This document shows positions 28,869 to 39,597 of a DNA stretch of 55,812 nt, piece after piece. This stretch comes from Promethearchaeota archaeon (lineage in GTDB: Archaea; Asgardarchaeota; Lokiarchaeia; Sigyniarchaeales; SOKP01): NCBI GenBank assembly GCA_048938025.1, contig JBHLMP010000024.1:1-55812 (forward strand), given 5' to 3'. The notes beneath the pieces are model-generated. The model was not told the origin of the DNA. It searched no databases and saw nothing but the letters and a program-made list of their open reading frames with translations. Numbering within the stretch: the first letter of the stretch is position 1; each line of letters begins with the position of its first letter. A program made the translations under genes and the position numbers.

Positions 28869-29969
28869 ATGGAGCTCTTAATCAAAAAAAAGTTAATCAT
28901 CTGGTTAGTTAATTCAATTAATTTGATACTAGCTTTTCTAATTGGTCTATTGATCGCTTCAAACATAGTAATAAATTTTCTTTATTTTGGATATATAATT
29001 ATTCTGATATTCCTAATTATTAGTTATTTCACATTGGAAATATTAAGAAGAGAACATATTAGATTAATACCCAAGAAAAGAGTTTATATCTGGATATTCT
29101 TTACAATTAATTTACTGTTTTCATTAAGCATTGGATTGACAATCCCAATCTTAAAATCAGAGAGTAGATATAATTTTGGTCTCGTTATGATTCCATTATT
29201 AGTAATCCTCAACTATATAATCGCAGATAGAATGAATTTTTATTTAAAACATATTAATGCTGGAGAAAGATTGATGAAGGATAAAAGTAAAAAAAATGAA
29301 AGACTAATTATAGAATTTGAGGGAAAAAAGTACATTTTCTCCGTAAAATCTATTATTCTTTTTGCTATTGGAGCACCAATATCTGCTTATCTTATATATT
29401 TATTTTTTGATTTAAAACTCAATTTTTGGTTGCATGAAATTGTTGTAAAGCAAACTGTTCTCTTTTTAAATTTATTCTTTGATATGGGTGCTAGCACAGG
29501 ATATACACATGTAGGGAAATATTACTGGGAATTTATTGTTCCAGGCAGATCTCCTATAGGATTTGAAACTTTTTGTACTGGAGTACAAGCTATTTGTGTA
29601 TTTGCAGGTATAATCATTTTCACACCCCACAGCCACGATTCAGCTACAAATGATGACATCATATGGAGAAAAGCCAAGGCTTTAGTTGTCTCATCTGTAA
29701 TCTTTTATGTTGTAAATGTAATTAGAATGCTTATTCAAATTTATCTGTATTATATAGGATATGACTGGGATGATATACATGTTTCTATAAGTGCCGCAAG
29801 TTCATTTATTGCAGCAATTATTGTTCTTCTATTACATAAATGGATTCCAGAATTCATTATATCAATAATTTATACCGGAATGCTTATTAGCCAAAAAGTT
29901 AAGAAATTAAGGGGTATTCCTATTGATTCAAAGAATAATTTAGAATTAAAATCTAAAAAAAAATCTTAA
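28869..29969 (+). CDS. Archaeosortase/exosortase family protein
   Basis: Multi-TM protein with the Cys-Arg-His triad in FCTG, NVIR and DIH. Confidence 0.85.
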   Translation: MELLIKKKLIIWLVNSINLILAFLIGLLIASNIVINFLYFGYIIILIFLIISYFTLEILRREHIRLIPKKRVYIWIFFTINLLFSLSIGLTIPILKSESRYNFGLVMIPLLVILNYIIADRMNFYLKHINAGERLMKDKSKKNERLIIEFEGKKYIFSVKSIILFAIGAPISAYLIYLFFDLKLNFWLHEIVVKQTVLFLNLFFDMGASTGYTHVGKYYWEFIVPGRSPIGFETFCTGVQAICVFAGIIIFTPHSHDSATNDDIIWRKAKALVVSSVIFYVVNVIRMLIQIYLYYIGYDWDDIHVSISAASSFIAAIIVLLLHKWIPEFIISIIYTGMLISQKVKKLRGIPIDSKNNLELKSKKKS

Positions 29970-29997
29970 CTATAATATAATTATACTTGCAAGGAGA

Positions 29998-30909
29998 GTG
30001 AAAATTTTGTTAAATTTTGAAATTGAGCAAAAAGTTGTAGAAATTGGGAATGTAAAATTAGGTGGTCAACCAGGAGAAAATTCAATAGTGCTAATTGGTA
30101 CTGTATTTTATGCCGGACATAAAGTATTATTAGATGAAAAAGTGGGAAAATTTGATAAAAATATTGTTGAAAAGGAAATTAATGAATTTGTAAGCATAGT
30201 TGATGAGAATGGCATGCAAGCTATTATTGATATAGTAGGTGCCTACCCTGAAGCACTTTTAAAAGAATGTGAATATATAGCAGACCTTACAGATTGTCCA
30301 TTCTTAGTTGATGGTTTAAATGATTCAATTAGGATTCCTGCAATGGAAGGATTGCAAGAAGAAGGATTGTTAAATAGAGCGATTTTGAATAGCATTGATG
30401 AGAATACAACTATTGAAAATCTTGAAAAAATTAAAGATGTTGGAGTTAGAAATGCTGTATTATTAAGTTTTGGGAGTAGATATATTTTTCCTCATCAAAA
30501 GTTACACTTACTACAAGAAAAGTTGATACCTAATGCCAAAAAAGCGAATATAGAAAATATAATAGTTGATACAGCTGTTTTAGACTTGCCTTCAATTGCA
30601 ATCAATGTTGAAACAACAAGATTAGTTAAAAAAGAATTAGGACTACCCACTGGTTTTGCTCCTGCTAATGCAATATATGGTTGGGATTTTGTTAAAAAGT
30701 ATGGTGATATTTCCCGGTGTGGTGCAATCGCATCACTTATGACTTATTGTGCCTCAGCAGGAAGTGATTTCATATTATTTGGTCCAGTTAAATTTGCTAA
30801 ATGTATTGTACCCTCTATTGCTTTAATCTCTGGTATTAATTCTTATTACAGAAAACGGATTTTAAGAAAATCAATATCAGATAAAACACCATTGAGATTT
30901 ATCTTTTAA
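29998..30909 (+). CDS. mtrH: Tetrahydromethanopterin S-methyltransferase subunit H homolog
   Basis: GGQPGE...LIGTVFY.GH, NSI, G.APAN, DFILFGP. Confidence 0.88.
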   Translation: MKILLNFEIEQKVVEIGNVKLGGQPGENSIVLIGTVFYAGHKVLLDEKVGKFDKNIVEKEINEFVSIVDENGMQAIIDIVGAYPEALLKECEYIADLTDCPFLVDGLNDSIRIPAMEGLQEEGLLNRAILNSIDENTTIENLEKIKDVGVRNAVLLSFGSRYIFPHQKLHLLQEKLIPNAKKANIENIIVDTAVLDLPSIAINVETTRLVKKELGLPTGFAPANAIYGWDFVKKYGDISRCGAIASLMTYCASAGSDFILFGPVKFAKCIVPSIALISGINSYYRKRILRKSISDKTPLRFIF

Positions 30910-30931
30910 TATTTTATTTATCTGATATTTC

Positions 30932-32434
30932 TTAGGAAATATATCTTAAGAGCAAATCTTTAGTGTAATCCAAGAAATAATCTAATTGCTCATCAATCAG
31001 TTCTTCTTTAGACTCATCATCAACTAAAAATAAAAGGAACATATTATTATCAGTAATACTAATTTTTCTAAAGATTATTACAGAATCAGCTACTTTAAAA
31101 ATTGCTTCTTCCTTTTGCAAAGTTTGAAATCTAGAAAATATTTTATATATAATGGCAAACTGAGGTGCTGTAACTTCAAAAACGTTAATAAGTTCAAATT
31201 CAGGAATTTCAATCAATTTGTTTGCTTCAGAAGAATAGAAATCAGCAAGAACTAAACCATCCGTACTTAATAATAATGTTAAATAAACATTCGTTTTCAT
31301 AGAAAAGGTTTTAAGATTATAATTGATTATCTCTCTATTTGGACTTAACTTTGAAATACCTGAAGAAAATGCTCTTAAAATTGTAAAAATTTGAAAAATG
31401 CTCGTTATATAGATTTCAAGAGAATCTTCAAGATTGATTTCTCTTAATTTATTTTTTATAATTCTTATATTTTCTTGGATTTCATCAGTATTTAATATAT
31501 CTGAATCCCCTTTTGATAAAATATATATTATTGGTGTTTTTTGATTATACTCATTTAAAATTTTTTTAAAATTCAGTAAATAATCAATACTTTCTTCAAA
31601 TCTATCTCGATTTTTAATATCAATAAAATAAAATACTAAATCTGCTTCATACAAATAAATATGAGCTTTGCTCAGATACTTCTTTCTATAATTTAGTTGG
31701 CCTCCTAAATCCCATAAAAATATGGTAGCTCCAAGAACTTCAATAGAATTCACTTTAGCTCCAGCAGTGGGCTTTAAACCTATTAATTTTGAGTATTTAC
31801 GGTCAACTGATAACAGAAAGGAAGTTTTCCCAGAATCATCGAGTCCTGAAAATAAAATTTTCATTTTTCTTTTACTGGTTATAATTGTTGATGGTGCTTT
31901 TTCAATTTCAATTAACTTTTTTAACAGGTTTTTAAACATGGGTTCAATTTCTTCCTTTTTTTTATAACCATCAAATAATTCTTTATCAAATTCAGGAAAA
32001 AATTCTAAAATTAGTGGTTTTATCCTATTTATATTATTATATAGAAAGCTCCTACTATTTTCATCAACTAAAATAGAAAAACTCGTAGCAAGAGGAGATT
32101 CAGTAAAATTAACTTTTATATAATGAAAAAATGTTAATGATGTTGCTTTAAAATCAGGATGCGGTAGAATTGCGAAATATTGTACGTTTTGGAAATCATC
32201 ATCATTCGATTTTTTTCTATCACTTATAAATAAGCTTAAATTCTTTATTGAAATTTGGGTATAATCACGCAAGGTTAATTTAAATAATTTTTTCTCATCG
32301 ATTTCTGAAGAATACTCTTTAAACTCATTGTCACTGATATATTCAGGAAACATATAAAATGGTTGAGGACCTAACTTATCATAGGTACTAAAAACAAGAC
32401 CCTTAATAACTGAATATTCAAATAATTCTTCCAT
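30932..32434 (-). CDS. uDENN-like + Rag/Arf-like GTPase + roadblock-like domain protein
   Basis: YDKLGPQP; GLDDSGKT, PT, WDLGGQ, SKGD, TSI; C-terminal LLSTDGLVLA. Confidence 0.8.
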   Translation of the reverse strand: MEELFEYSVIKGLVFSTYDKLGPQPFYMFPEYISDNEFKEYSSEIDEKKLFKLTLRDYTQISIKNLSLFISDRKKSNDDDFQNVQYFAILPHPDFKATSLTFFHYIKVNFTESPLATSFSILVDENSRSFLYNNINRIKPLILEFFPEFDKELFDGYKKKEEIEPMFKNLLKKLIEIEKAPSTIITSKRKMKILFSGLDDSGKTSFLLSVDRKYSKLIGLKPTAGAKVNSIEVLGATIFLWDLGGQLNYRKKYLSKAHIYLYEADLVFYFIDIKNRDRFEESIDYLLNFKKILNEYNQKTPIIYILSKGDSDILNTDEIQENIRIIKNKLREINLEDSLEIYITSIFQIFTILRAFSSGISKLSPNREIINYNLKTFSMKTNVYLTLLLSTDGLVLADFYSSEANKLIEIPEFELINVFEVTAPQFAIIYKIFSRFQTLQKEEAIFKVADSVIIFRKISITDNNMFLLFLVDDESKEELIDEQLDYFLDYTKDLLLRYIS

Positions 32435-32529
32435 TATTTAATTTTTTTTTTTTTATTTCTAAATTATTTATCTCTCTATAAATAATTTAAGCAAAATTAA
32501 TTATAAATAGCTTTATTTTAGAATAATAG

Positions 32530-33489
32530 ATGGTTCTTAAAAAAATAGCAGAAAGCATCAGAAGTAATAAAAATATCATAGAAAAAATTGAGATAAATCC
32601 TATAATTCAACATATAGATAATAACTCATTTAAAAGTACAAATATCTTTTCAGATATAGGAGAAGATTCAGCATCAATAATAGATGAAGATAAATTCATC
32701 TTAATAACAACTGATAGAATTAGAACAACCTTTGTTGAAAAATTCCCATTTGGTGCAGGATTTTCGTCTATACTAGTCGGAGTTGATGATATTTATGCTT
32801 GTGGAGGCACTCCTTTAGCTGCTAGTATTATTATTTCTGTAAAAGATGTAAAAATATGTAATAGTTTGCTTGATGGAATATGTGAGGGTTCTAAAAAATT
32901 TAAAGTTCCGATTATAAGAGGTCATACTAATATTCATGGGAAATGCTATGAATTAAGCTCTACAATGTTAGGAGAAATAAAGAAGGAAAATTATCTATCT
33001 GCAATTAATGCAAATTTAAATGATTCTATAATATTAGCTGTAGATTTTGATGGAAAAGTTGGGAAAGCAAGTAAATTATATTGGGATACTGTAACTTTTA
33101 AAAGTTCAGAAGAAATTCTAAATAGACGTAAATCTATGAATCTTTTAGCTGAATTACATCTTGCAAATTCTTCAAAAGATATTTCAAATGGAGGAATATT
33201 TGGAACTCTATTACAATTAATAAAATATTCGAATGTTGGAGCAGATATTAATATTAATAATATCGCTATCCCTCCAAAACTTCTAGAAGCACAATATAAT
33301 TTAGAAACTTATATAAAAATGTATTTAACAACTTCATTTGTAATTTCTGCTCCAAAAGCTAATTGTGATAAAATTCTTGAAATTTTTAGTACTTGTGGTT
33401 TAGAAGCAAGAGTTATTGGTGAAATTATTAAAGAAAAAAAGTTAAAAATTAATGATGGTCAAAAATCTACAGAAATCTTCAAATTTTAA
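32530..33489 (+). CDS. AIR synthase-related (PurM/ThiL-like) protein
   Basis: GEDSA, DDIYACGGTP, GHT, KDISNGG. Confidence 0.85.
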   Translation: MVLKKIAESIRSNKNIIEKIEINPIIQHIDNNSFKSTNIFSDIGEDSASIIDEDKFILITTDRIRTTFVEKFPFGAGFSSILVGVDDIYACGGTPLAASIIISVKDVKICNSLLDGICEGSKKFKVPIIRGHTNIHGKCYELSSTMLGEIKKENYLSAINANLNDSIILAVDFDGKVGKASKLYWDTVTFKSSEEILNRRKSMNLLAELHLANSSKDISNGGIFGTLLQLIKYSNVGADININNIAIPPKLLEAQYNLETYIKMYLTTSFVISAPKANCDKILEIFSTCGLEARVIGEIIKEKKLKINDGQKSTEIFKF

Positions 33490-33549
33490 AAATAAAATAA
33501 TAATAATTCTTTATAAAAACTCAGAATATTTGCTAAGGAGTCTAAGATA

Positions 33550-34110
33550 ATGAATTTTGACGTTAAAAAAGAATTTAAAGGAATTATATCAGTAGTCGGT
33601 GCCAGTGAAACAGATAAAGAGACAGAGAAAAAAGCATTTGAAATCGGAAAATTAATCGCAAAAAGTAAATATATTGTAGTATGTGGAGGATTATCAGGTG
33701 TAATGGAAGCTGTTTGTAAGGGAGCAAAAGAAGAAAATGGAATAACTATTGGAGTTATTCCGTATGCAGATAAAAGTGTTGCTAATAAATACATTGATAT
33801 TGTAATCCCATGCCCATTTTCTCAAGCTAGAAATATAGTTGTTGTTTTAACTGGTGATGCTTGCATAGCAATTAGTGGTAAGGCAGGTACATTATCAGAA
33901 ATTTGTTTTGCATGGATTTATCAGAAACCAATTGTTGCTTTAACTAGTTGTGAGGGGTGGTCTTCAAAAATAGCTAACCAAAAATTAGATGATAGACGAT
34001 TAGATAAAATTTATGGAGCAGAAACACCTCAAGAAGCAATTAAGAAAGTAATTGAGCTATTGGAAAAACCTGCGTATCGAAAAGATCTAAGTTTTACTAA
34101 TGAGTTTTGA
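33550..34110 (+). CDS. TIGR00725/LOG-like Rossmann-fold nucleotide-binding protein
   Basis: VCGGLSGVMEAVCKGA, ARN, GTLSEI. Confidence 0.88.
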   Translation: MNFDVKKEFKGIISVVGASETDKETEKKAFEIGKLIAKSKYIVVCGGLSGVMEAVCKGAKEENGITIGVIPYADKSVANKYIDIVIPCPFSQARNIVVVLTGDACIAISGKAGTLSEICFAWIYQKPIVALTSCEGWSSKIANQKLDDRRLDKIYGAETPQEAIKKVIELLEKPAYRKDLSFTNEF

Positions 34111-34288
34111 GTCTATTCAAAATAAGAAAGAATTTAACGACTCAATGGGTTTTCTAATTACCATTATTTTAGGCTATTTTTACATAATAAATTTTAATGC
34201 GAAACTTAAATAAATAATAATATCATTTTTAATCTTACAAAAGAATATATTTATAAATTACATTAATAATTTCAAAGGTGAGATTATT

Positions 34289-35254
34289 TTGGAAAAAGGT
34301 CAATCCATCTTATACTTGAAAAAAGAAGTAGAAGAAAAACCTGTTCAAAATAAGATTTTATTCACAGGTCTTGATAATGCAGGCAAAACAAGCATTATTT
34401 TAAGCCTTCAGCGAGAATTTTCTAAAATTGCCTTACTCTCTCCTACGAGGGGGGCTCAGAGAAGAATCTTCGATTTTCTTGGAAAGGAAATATCAGAATG
34501 GGATTTAGGTGGGCAACTTTCCTATAGAATTTCATACCTAAAGAGCCCGGGTAAATTTTTTGATGGAACAGAAATTGCTATATATGTTATAGATCTTCAG
34601 AATAAAGAACGGATTTCTGAAGCTATTAGTTATTTTAAAGATGTAGTAACACAATTTAGAAAGTTGGAAATAGAGCCACCTATTTATATTTTTCTACATA
34701 AATATGATCCAGCGTTAAAAAGGAATGCTAAGAATGAAATGACAAACCTTATTTTAGAAATAAAAGAAAAATTTAAAAAAGCTACAGATTATAAAAAACT
34801 CTTTTATTATGAAACATCGATTTATGATTTTTCTTCAATTATAACGGCAATGAGTGAAATTCTTTTAAGTTTATATCCTAAATCTGAATTAATAGCAAAA
34901 ACGATTCAGGAATTTGCGAAAAAAGTAAACTCTGAAGGAGTAGTTGTAATTGATGATAATTCTCTTATTATTGGTTCTTATTATAAAGATGATGAAGTAA
35001 AGCATCTCCTAACCGCCTCAACCCCATACTTTCTTACGTTGAATGATTCATTCGAATTTACTGACGTCATGGAAGAGAGATATGAAAATAGAATGATAGT
35101 TCAAAGATTTGGAAGAAATTTTATTTTCAAACAGATAACTCTGAAAAAAGGATTAACTCCATATTATCTACTTCTACTTAAAGGGGATCCCATTTTCCGT
35201 AAAGAAGATTTTGAATCTTTTGCTAATTTATTAAGAGAAATTATACAAAAATAG
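34289..35254 (+). CDS. Rag/Gtr-like GTPase with C-terminal roadblock-like domain
   Basis: GLDNAGKT, PT, WDLGGQ, HKYD (Rag-type G4), TSIYD. Confidence 0.85.
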   Translation: MEKGQSILYLKKEVEEKPVQNKILFTGLDNAGKTSIILSLQREFSKIALLSPTRGAQRRIFDFLGKEISEWDLGGQLSYRISYLKSPGKFFDGTEIAIYVIDLQNKERISEAISYFKDVVTQFRKLEIEPPIYIFLHKYDPALKRNAKNEMTNLILEIKEKFKKATDYKKLFYYETSIYDFSSIITAMSEILLSLYPKSELIAKTIQEFAKKVNSEGVVVIDDNSLIIGSYYKDDEVKHLLTASTPYFLTLNDSFEFTDVMEERYENRMIVQRFGRNFIFKQITLKKGLTPYYLLLLKGDPIFRKEDFESFANLLREIIQK

Positions 35255-35488
35255 TATTTATTATTCGATTTATCTTAATAATTAGTTAGATAATTGCCTT
35301 TTACTATCAAATTTTTAAAGATTTCTAAAATAATTTTAAATATGTAAGCCAAATTAAAATTTAGGTTACAATATTGGACGTTGAATAATAAAAGGAAAGA
35401 AATTTTATAGTAACTAACATTAATAATAGTGAATTTTTTTTATATTATTAATGAAAAAAGCAAATTTTTAGATTAAATAAAAGTATGT

Positions 35489-36454
35489 TTGGAGGCGTTA
35501 TTTACCATAATTATTTGTCAAAATTGCGGTGCAACAAATCAAGATGTTAAATTTTGCAGAAAATGTGGAGCATTACTTCCAGTTTCTTCTAAATCATCAC
35601 GATTGAGAGTATCGGTTTCTAAAACTAAAAAAGAGAAAGGACAAAAATTACAAAATTTAGATTTGCAAGAAATTCCAAAAGAATCTGAATCAATAGATCA
35701 ATTATCAGTGAACGATGAAATATTAGAAGATTTTATGGATAACGATGCGGAATCTATTATTGTACCTAAAAGCGAAGAATCTTTAAAAGACAAAAGAGAA
35801 GTATTGAAAGAGATTACTCCTCAACCCTATAGAAGCTCAATTATGGCATCAAATAGCGTTTCTCTTTCACATCCACGCGGAGAAACTTCAAGAACTCAAA
35901 CATTGCCACAAAATACAGAAGCAGAATCAACACTTATGAAACAGAAACAATTGGAGAAGGATATGACTGAAGTTTTAGGATTTTTATCAAAAAAAATTAC
36001 AGTAAAAAAATTAGATACTTCTAAATCTAAAACTAAAAAAGAAAAAGTGGCTGAAGAAAAAATCCCTCCAGCTAGTATGAATGAAATTTTAAACCAATTA
36101 TTAACATTAGACCTTCATATCGAAGCTTCAGCAATTATCAAGGATGATGGAACAATATTAGCATCTGCATTATCAAATAGAATTTCTGATACATTATTTG
36201 CTACTATAGGTCAAACCTTAAATCAGATTGGAGCAGATATACTAAATGGTTTGAGTGCTGGTTCTTTAAAATCTATTTCAGTAAAAGGTACCGAAGGAGT
36301 CATAGATTTAGCGCCAATAGATAAAGAATCTCAAAACATAAAAGACATGATTTTAGTCATTTACTCATATCCAAAAGCTAAAAGTGGAATCATTAATTTC
36401 GCAGCCAATATTGTTAAAAAACAAATTATAGAATATTTAGGTATAAAGATCTAA
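35489..36454 (+). CDS. Zinc-ribbon + low-complexity linker + roadblock/LC7 domain protein
   Basis: CQNCG...FCRKCG; C-terminal IEASAIIKDDGTILASA. The true start may be ATA 35507, after GGAGG. Confidence 0.8.
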   Translation: MEALFTIIICQNCGATNQDVKFCRKCGALLPVSSKSSRLRVSVSKTKKEKGQKLQNLDLQEIPKESESIDQLSVNDEILEDFMDNDAESIIVPKSEESLKDKREVLKEITPQPYRSSIMASNSVSLSHPRGETSRTQTLPQNTEAESTLMKQKQLEKDMTEVLGFLSKKITVKKLDTSKSKTKKEKVAEEKIPPASMNEILNQLLTLDLHIEASAIIKDDGTILASALSNRISDTLFATIGQTLNQIGADILNGLSAGSLKSISVKGTEGVIDLAPIDKESQNIKDMILVIYSYPKAKSGIINFAANIVKKQIIEYLGIKI

Positions 36455-36562
36455 TATTTAATTGAAATAGACTTCTTTTAATTTTTTGAAAATTTAAACA
36501 GATAAACTCCATTATTAATATCTTTAATATGAAGAAAAATTAAGGAGATTGTGACTAATCTT

Positions 36563-37366
36563 CTACAATTTTAGCAATTGTTTTTGTATAGAAACCTTGT
36601 AGACCATAACTTTCTTAAAATATTCCATGTTATTAGGTATTTCTTGTAAAAAAGAATTGAATTTATATATTGAAACCAGAGGTATTTGATTGTCACTTAT
36701 TTTGATAAAATTATCTTCAAATGTAACCATGATAGGTATTAATATTAAAGGTAAATTTCTTTTTAAACTAAGATTTATACCCATAAGTTCTTGAATTAAT
36801 CTAGAAAAAACATCTTGATTTTTCTTCAAAGCTAAAACACGTTGATATTGTAAATTGGCTGCTTTATTTAATGAACTATACGAATCTTTATGTCTCCATT
36901 GTTTAGCATCAATAATCAATACATAATTTAAATAAATACCTATGACATCAATTTCATATCTTTTCTGTAAAGTTTTTGATTTAAAATTGGATTTATCTGA
37001 AAACCTAAAATTTGTTGTAGTTTTATAACTGTTTTTCAATAAGATTTCTTGTACTAGTTTTTCAAAACCTTGATAATCTAGTAATATTGAAACGTCTTTA
37101 ATTTCAAATTGTAAAATTCTGACAGATTCCATAACAAATACAATTTTATTAATTACAATGTAATCTATATAATTTCCTTTTTGAATTGAGAGAAATTCAA
37201 ATAAATTTAAGAAATCTCTAAGTTCGTAATCATTAAATTTTTTAAAAAAATCTATCTCTGAAGCTTCACACCAGATTTCAGTTGCAGCCTTTTCAGTTTT
37301 TTTTAAAATATTAAATATTTCTATAAACAATTTTTTTAAAAGTGACTCTGACACTAACTTAAACAT
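36563..37366 (-). CDS. PD-(D/E)xK restriction-endonuclease-like (Mrr/NERD-like) protein
   Basis: FEKLV...EIDVIG...IIDAKQW. Confidence 0.75.
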   Translation of the reverse strand: MFKLVSESLLKKLFIEIFNILKKTEKAATEIWCEASEIDFFKKFNDYELRDFLNLFEFLSIQKGNYIDYIVINKIVFVMESVRILQFEIKDVSILLDYQGFEKLVQEILLKNSYKTTTNFRFSDKSNFKSKTLQKRYEIDVIGIYLNYVLIIDAKQWRHKDSYSSLNKAANLQYQRVLALKKNQDVFSRLIQELMGINLSLKRNLPLILIPIMVTFEDNFIKISDNQIPLVSIYKFNSFLQEIPNNMEYFKKVMVYKVSIQKQLLKL

Positions 37367-37665
37367 AAGTTAGAAGAGTATATTGCATTAAAATAAAGCA
37401 AGGAGAGTATCGAAATTTTAATGAACAATTATTTTAACTTTTTTAAAAAAAACTCTTAAATATAAATCCTTTTTTGAAGCGTAATCATATGGAACGACAA
37501 AATTCATAGATTAATTAGACTTATAGGAAGCCTACATTATAACTTAAAATTATATAGTAAGGAATTCCAATTTAATCTGTTAATAATATTTTTTTTAAGT
37601 CTCTTGAATATTATAATTAAATAAAAATAATATTAAACTAAAAAAAAATATTTTAAAGGCTTATT

Positions 37666-39474
37666 ATGGATTTATTACCTAAAGTATTTAGAACAGAGGG
37701 CGATATGGCTGAATTTGATCCCTCTAAAATTTTTAATAGCATTATAAAAGAAACACAAATGAATGAAGAAGATGCTAAACATATAACTGAGCTTGTTGTA
37801 CGAAGAATAATAAGTTCAGGTATAAAATTTCTTTCTGGTCCACATATAAGAGAAATTGTTTGTTCAATGCTTTCAGAGAACCATTTTGAGCAAGAGCGAA
37901 AACTTTACACCCGTATTGGTATGCCATTAATGGATTATGAACAAATTCTTGAAAAAGGACGAAAACCCTTTATTAAAGAGGTGATTAATCCTGAAAAAAT
38001 ACATCATTGGGCAGCAGATCAATTAGCTGAAGAATATACATTATTAAGAATTCTAGATGATAATGAGGCTAAAGCGCATTTGTATGGAGATATTCATATT
38101 CATAAACTTAAATATTTTGACTTAAGACCACTAGGTCAAATCTGGGATCCACGAATAATCTTAAAGAATGGAATACCTCCTATAATAAATAAAATTAAAT
38201 GCTGTAAATCAGGACCTGCTGATAATTTCAACATTGCCATTCATCACCTTTCTAAATGGTTAAGCTTAATTCAAAGTGAATTCTGTGGGAATCAAGGATT
38301 TCCTGCTATCACTACTTATCTTGCTCCTTATATAAAGGGCCTCTCTAATGAAGACTTAATTAATGGCATACGAGAATTAGTATATGAATTTAATCAATTG
38401 CCCACAATAATTGGTCGTAATATCTCAAAAACATTTATATCAGCTTCACCATTTATCCTTGAAGACCTCTCAGAATTTCCTGCAATAGGTCCTTATGGTA
38501 AAATTAAAGGGGTATATGGCGATTATAACGATGAATGTTTAAAACTATTTAATGCTCTTACTAAGGTTTTTATTAAAGGAGATTTTTTAGATAAATCGTT
38601 TAATTTTTTAAAACATCAAATATTTTTTACTGAAAAATCCTTAGATGATTTTGATTCAGCCTATACAAAGGTTTGGGAAGAGATCAAAAAAATGAAAACA
38701 CCTTATCTTCTAAATTTATGTTCTAATTGGTTTAAAACTAAATTAAAAAATCAAATAAATTTACTTAATAGCTCTAATATTGGAGTACTACAAAGTATTT
38801 GTTTAAATCTACCTAGATTTGCCTATATCGCGAAAGAAGAAGATAAATATATGGAAATTTTAGAGGAAAAAATAAAGTTTTGCTCTGTTATATTATTAAA
38901 AAAACATGATATAATAAGAAAAAGAATGAACACAAATCATTTGCCTTTTTGCAGTGGTTTTGTTAATAAACACCATCTTTTTAGTTTGGAAAATCAAAAT
39001 TTATCAATAAGTTTTGTCGGCTTGAATGAAACAGTGAAAATTCTAACCAATTATGAATTACATGAACATTCAGAAGCATATAACTTAGGAAAGAAAATTT
39101 TAAAGAAAATGATTAAAACTTGTGACGAACTATCTTCAAAAGAAGGTAAAAATTATTCGCTTATTGAAAATTCATCAAAAAAAGCATTAAATCGATTTGT
39201 CAGATTAGATTTAAAACATTTTCCAAAATTAGCAATACCTTATTCTAAAGGAAAAAGAAAATATTATACTAATTCTGCTCATTTTCGAGAAAATATAGAA
39301 TTTGATATATATGAGAAAGTGATTAAGCAAGGAGAATTCCACCCATTAATTCAAAATGAAATTTTGGAACAAATTTCCCTTAATGAACTTGATAAAAACA
39401 ATCTAAATTTAAAAGATTTCATAAAAAAGATTTGTAACACCTCAAAAATAGCATGTTTGAAATTTTTTCCTTAA
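37666..39474 (+). CDS. ATP-cone + class III ribonucleotide reductase (NrdD)-like protein, apparently catalytically dead
   Basis: N-terminal ATP cone (FDPSKI...IREIV), AHLYGDIHIH, NLPR, VGLNE, YYTNS.H. No C-terminal Zn ribbon or glycyl-radical R..GY motif. Confidence 0.75.
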   Translation: MDLLPKVFRTEGDMAEFDPSKIFNSIIKETQMNEEDAKHITELVVRRIISSGIKFLSGPHIREIVCSMLSENHFEQERKLYTRIGMPLMDYEQILEKGRKPFIKEVINPEKIHHWAADQLAEEYTLLRILDDNEAKAHLYGDIHIHKLKYFDLRPLGQIWDPRIILKNGIPPIINKIKCCKSGPADNFNIAIHHLSKWLSLIQSEFCGNQGFPAITTYLAPYIKGLSNEDLINGIRELVYEFNQLPTIIGRNISKTFISASPFILEDLSEFPAIGPYGKIKGVYGDYNDECLKLFNALTKVFIKGDFLDKSFNFLKHQIFFTEKSLDDFDSAYTKVWEEIKKMKTPYLLNLCSNWFKTKLKNQINLLNSSNIGVLQSICLNLPRFAYIAKEEDKYMEILEEKIKFCSVILLKKHDIIRKRMNTNHLPFCSGFVNKHHLFSLENQNLSISFVGLNETVKILTNYELHEHSEAYNLGKKILKKMIKTCDELSSKEGKNYSLIENSSKKALNRFVRLDLKHFPKLAIPYSKGKRKYYTNSAHFRENIEFDIYEKVIKQGEFHPLIQNEILEQISLNELDKNNLNLKDFIKKICNTSKIACLKFFP

Positions 39475-39597
39475 TAACATTATAACCTCTTAATTTTTTG
39501 GAAAAAAGATAATTTAATAGTAATAATTTTCTTAGGTATATTAGTATAATATTATGAATTAAATTCATGCTCTTTTAATTATAAAGCTGGGGATAAA

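Noticed and set aside
29998-30909. mtrH as evidence for methanogenesis
   Set aside because: It stands alone without mtrA-G or mcr genes; isolated MtrH homologs occur in non-methanogens.
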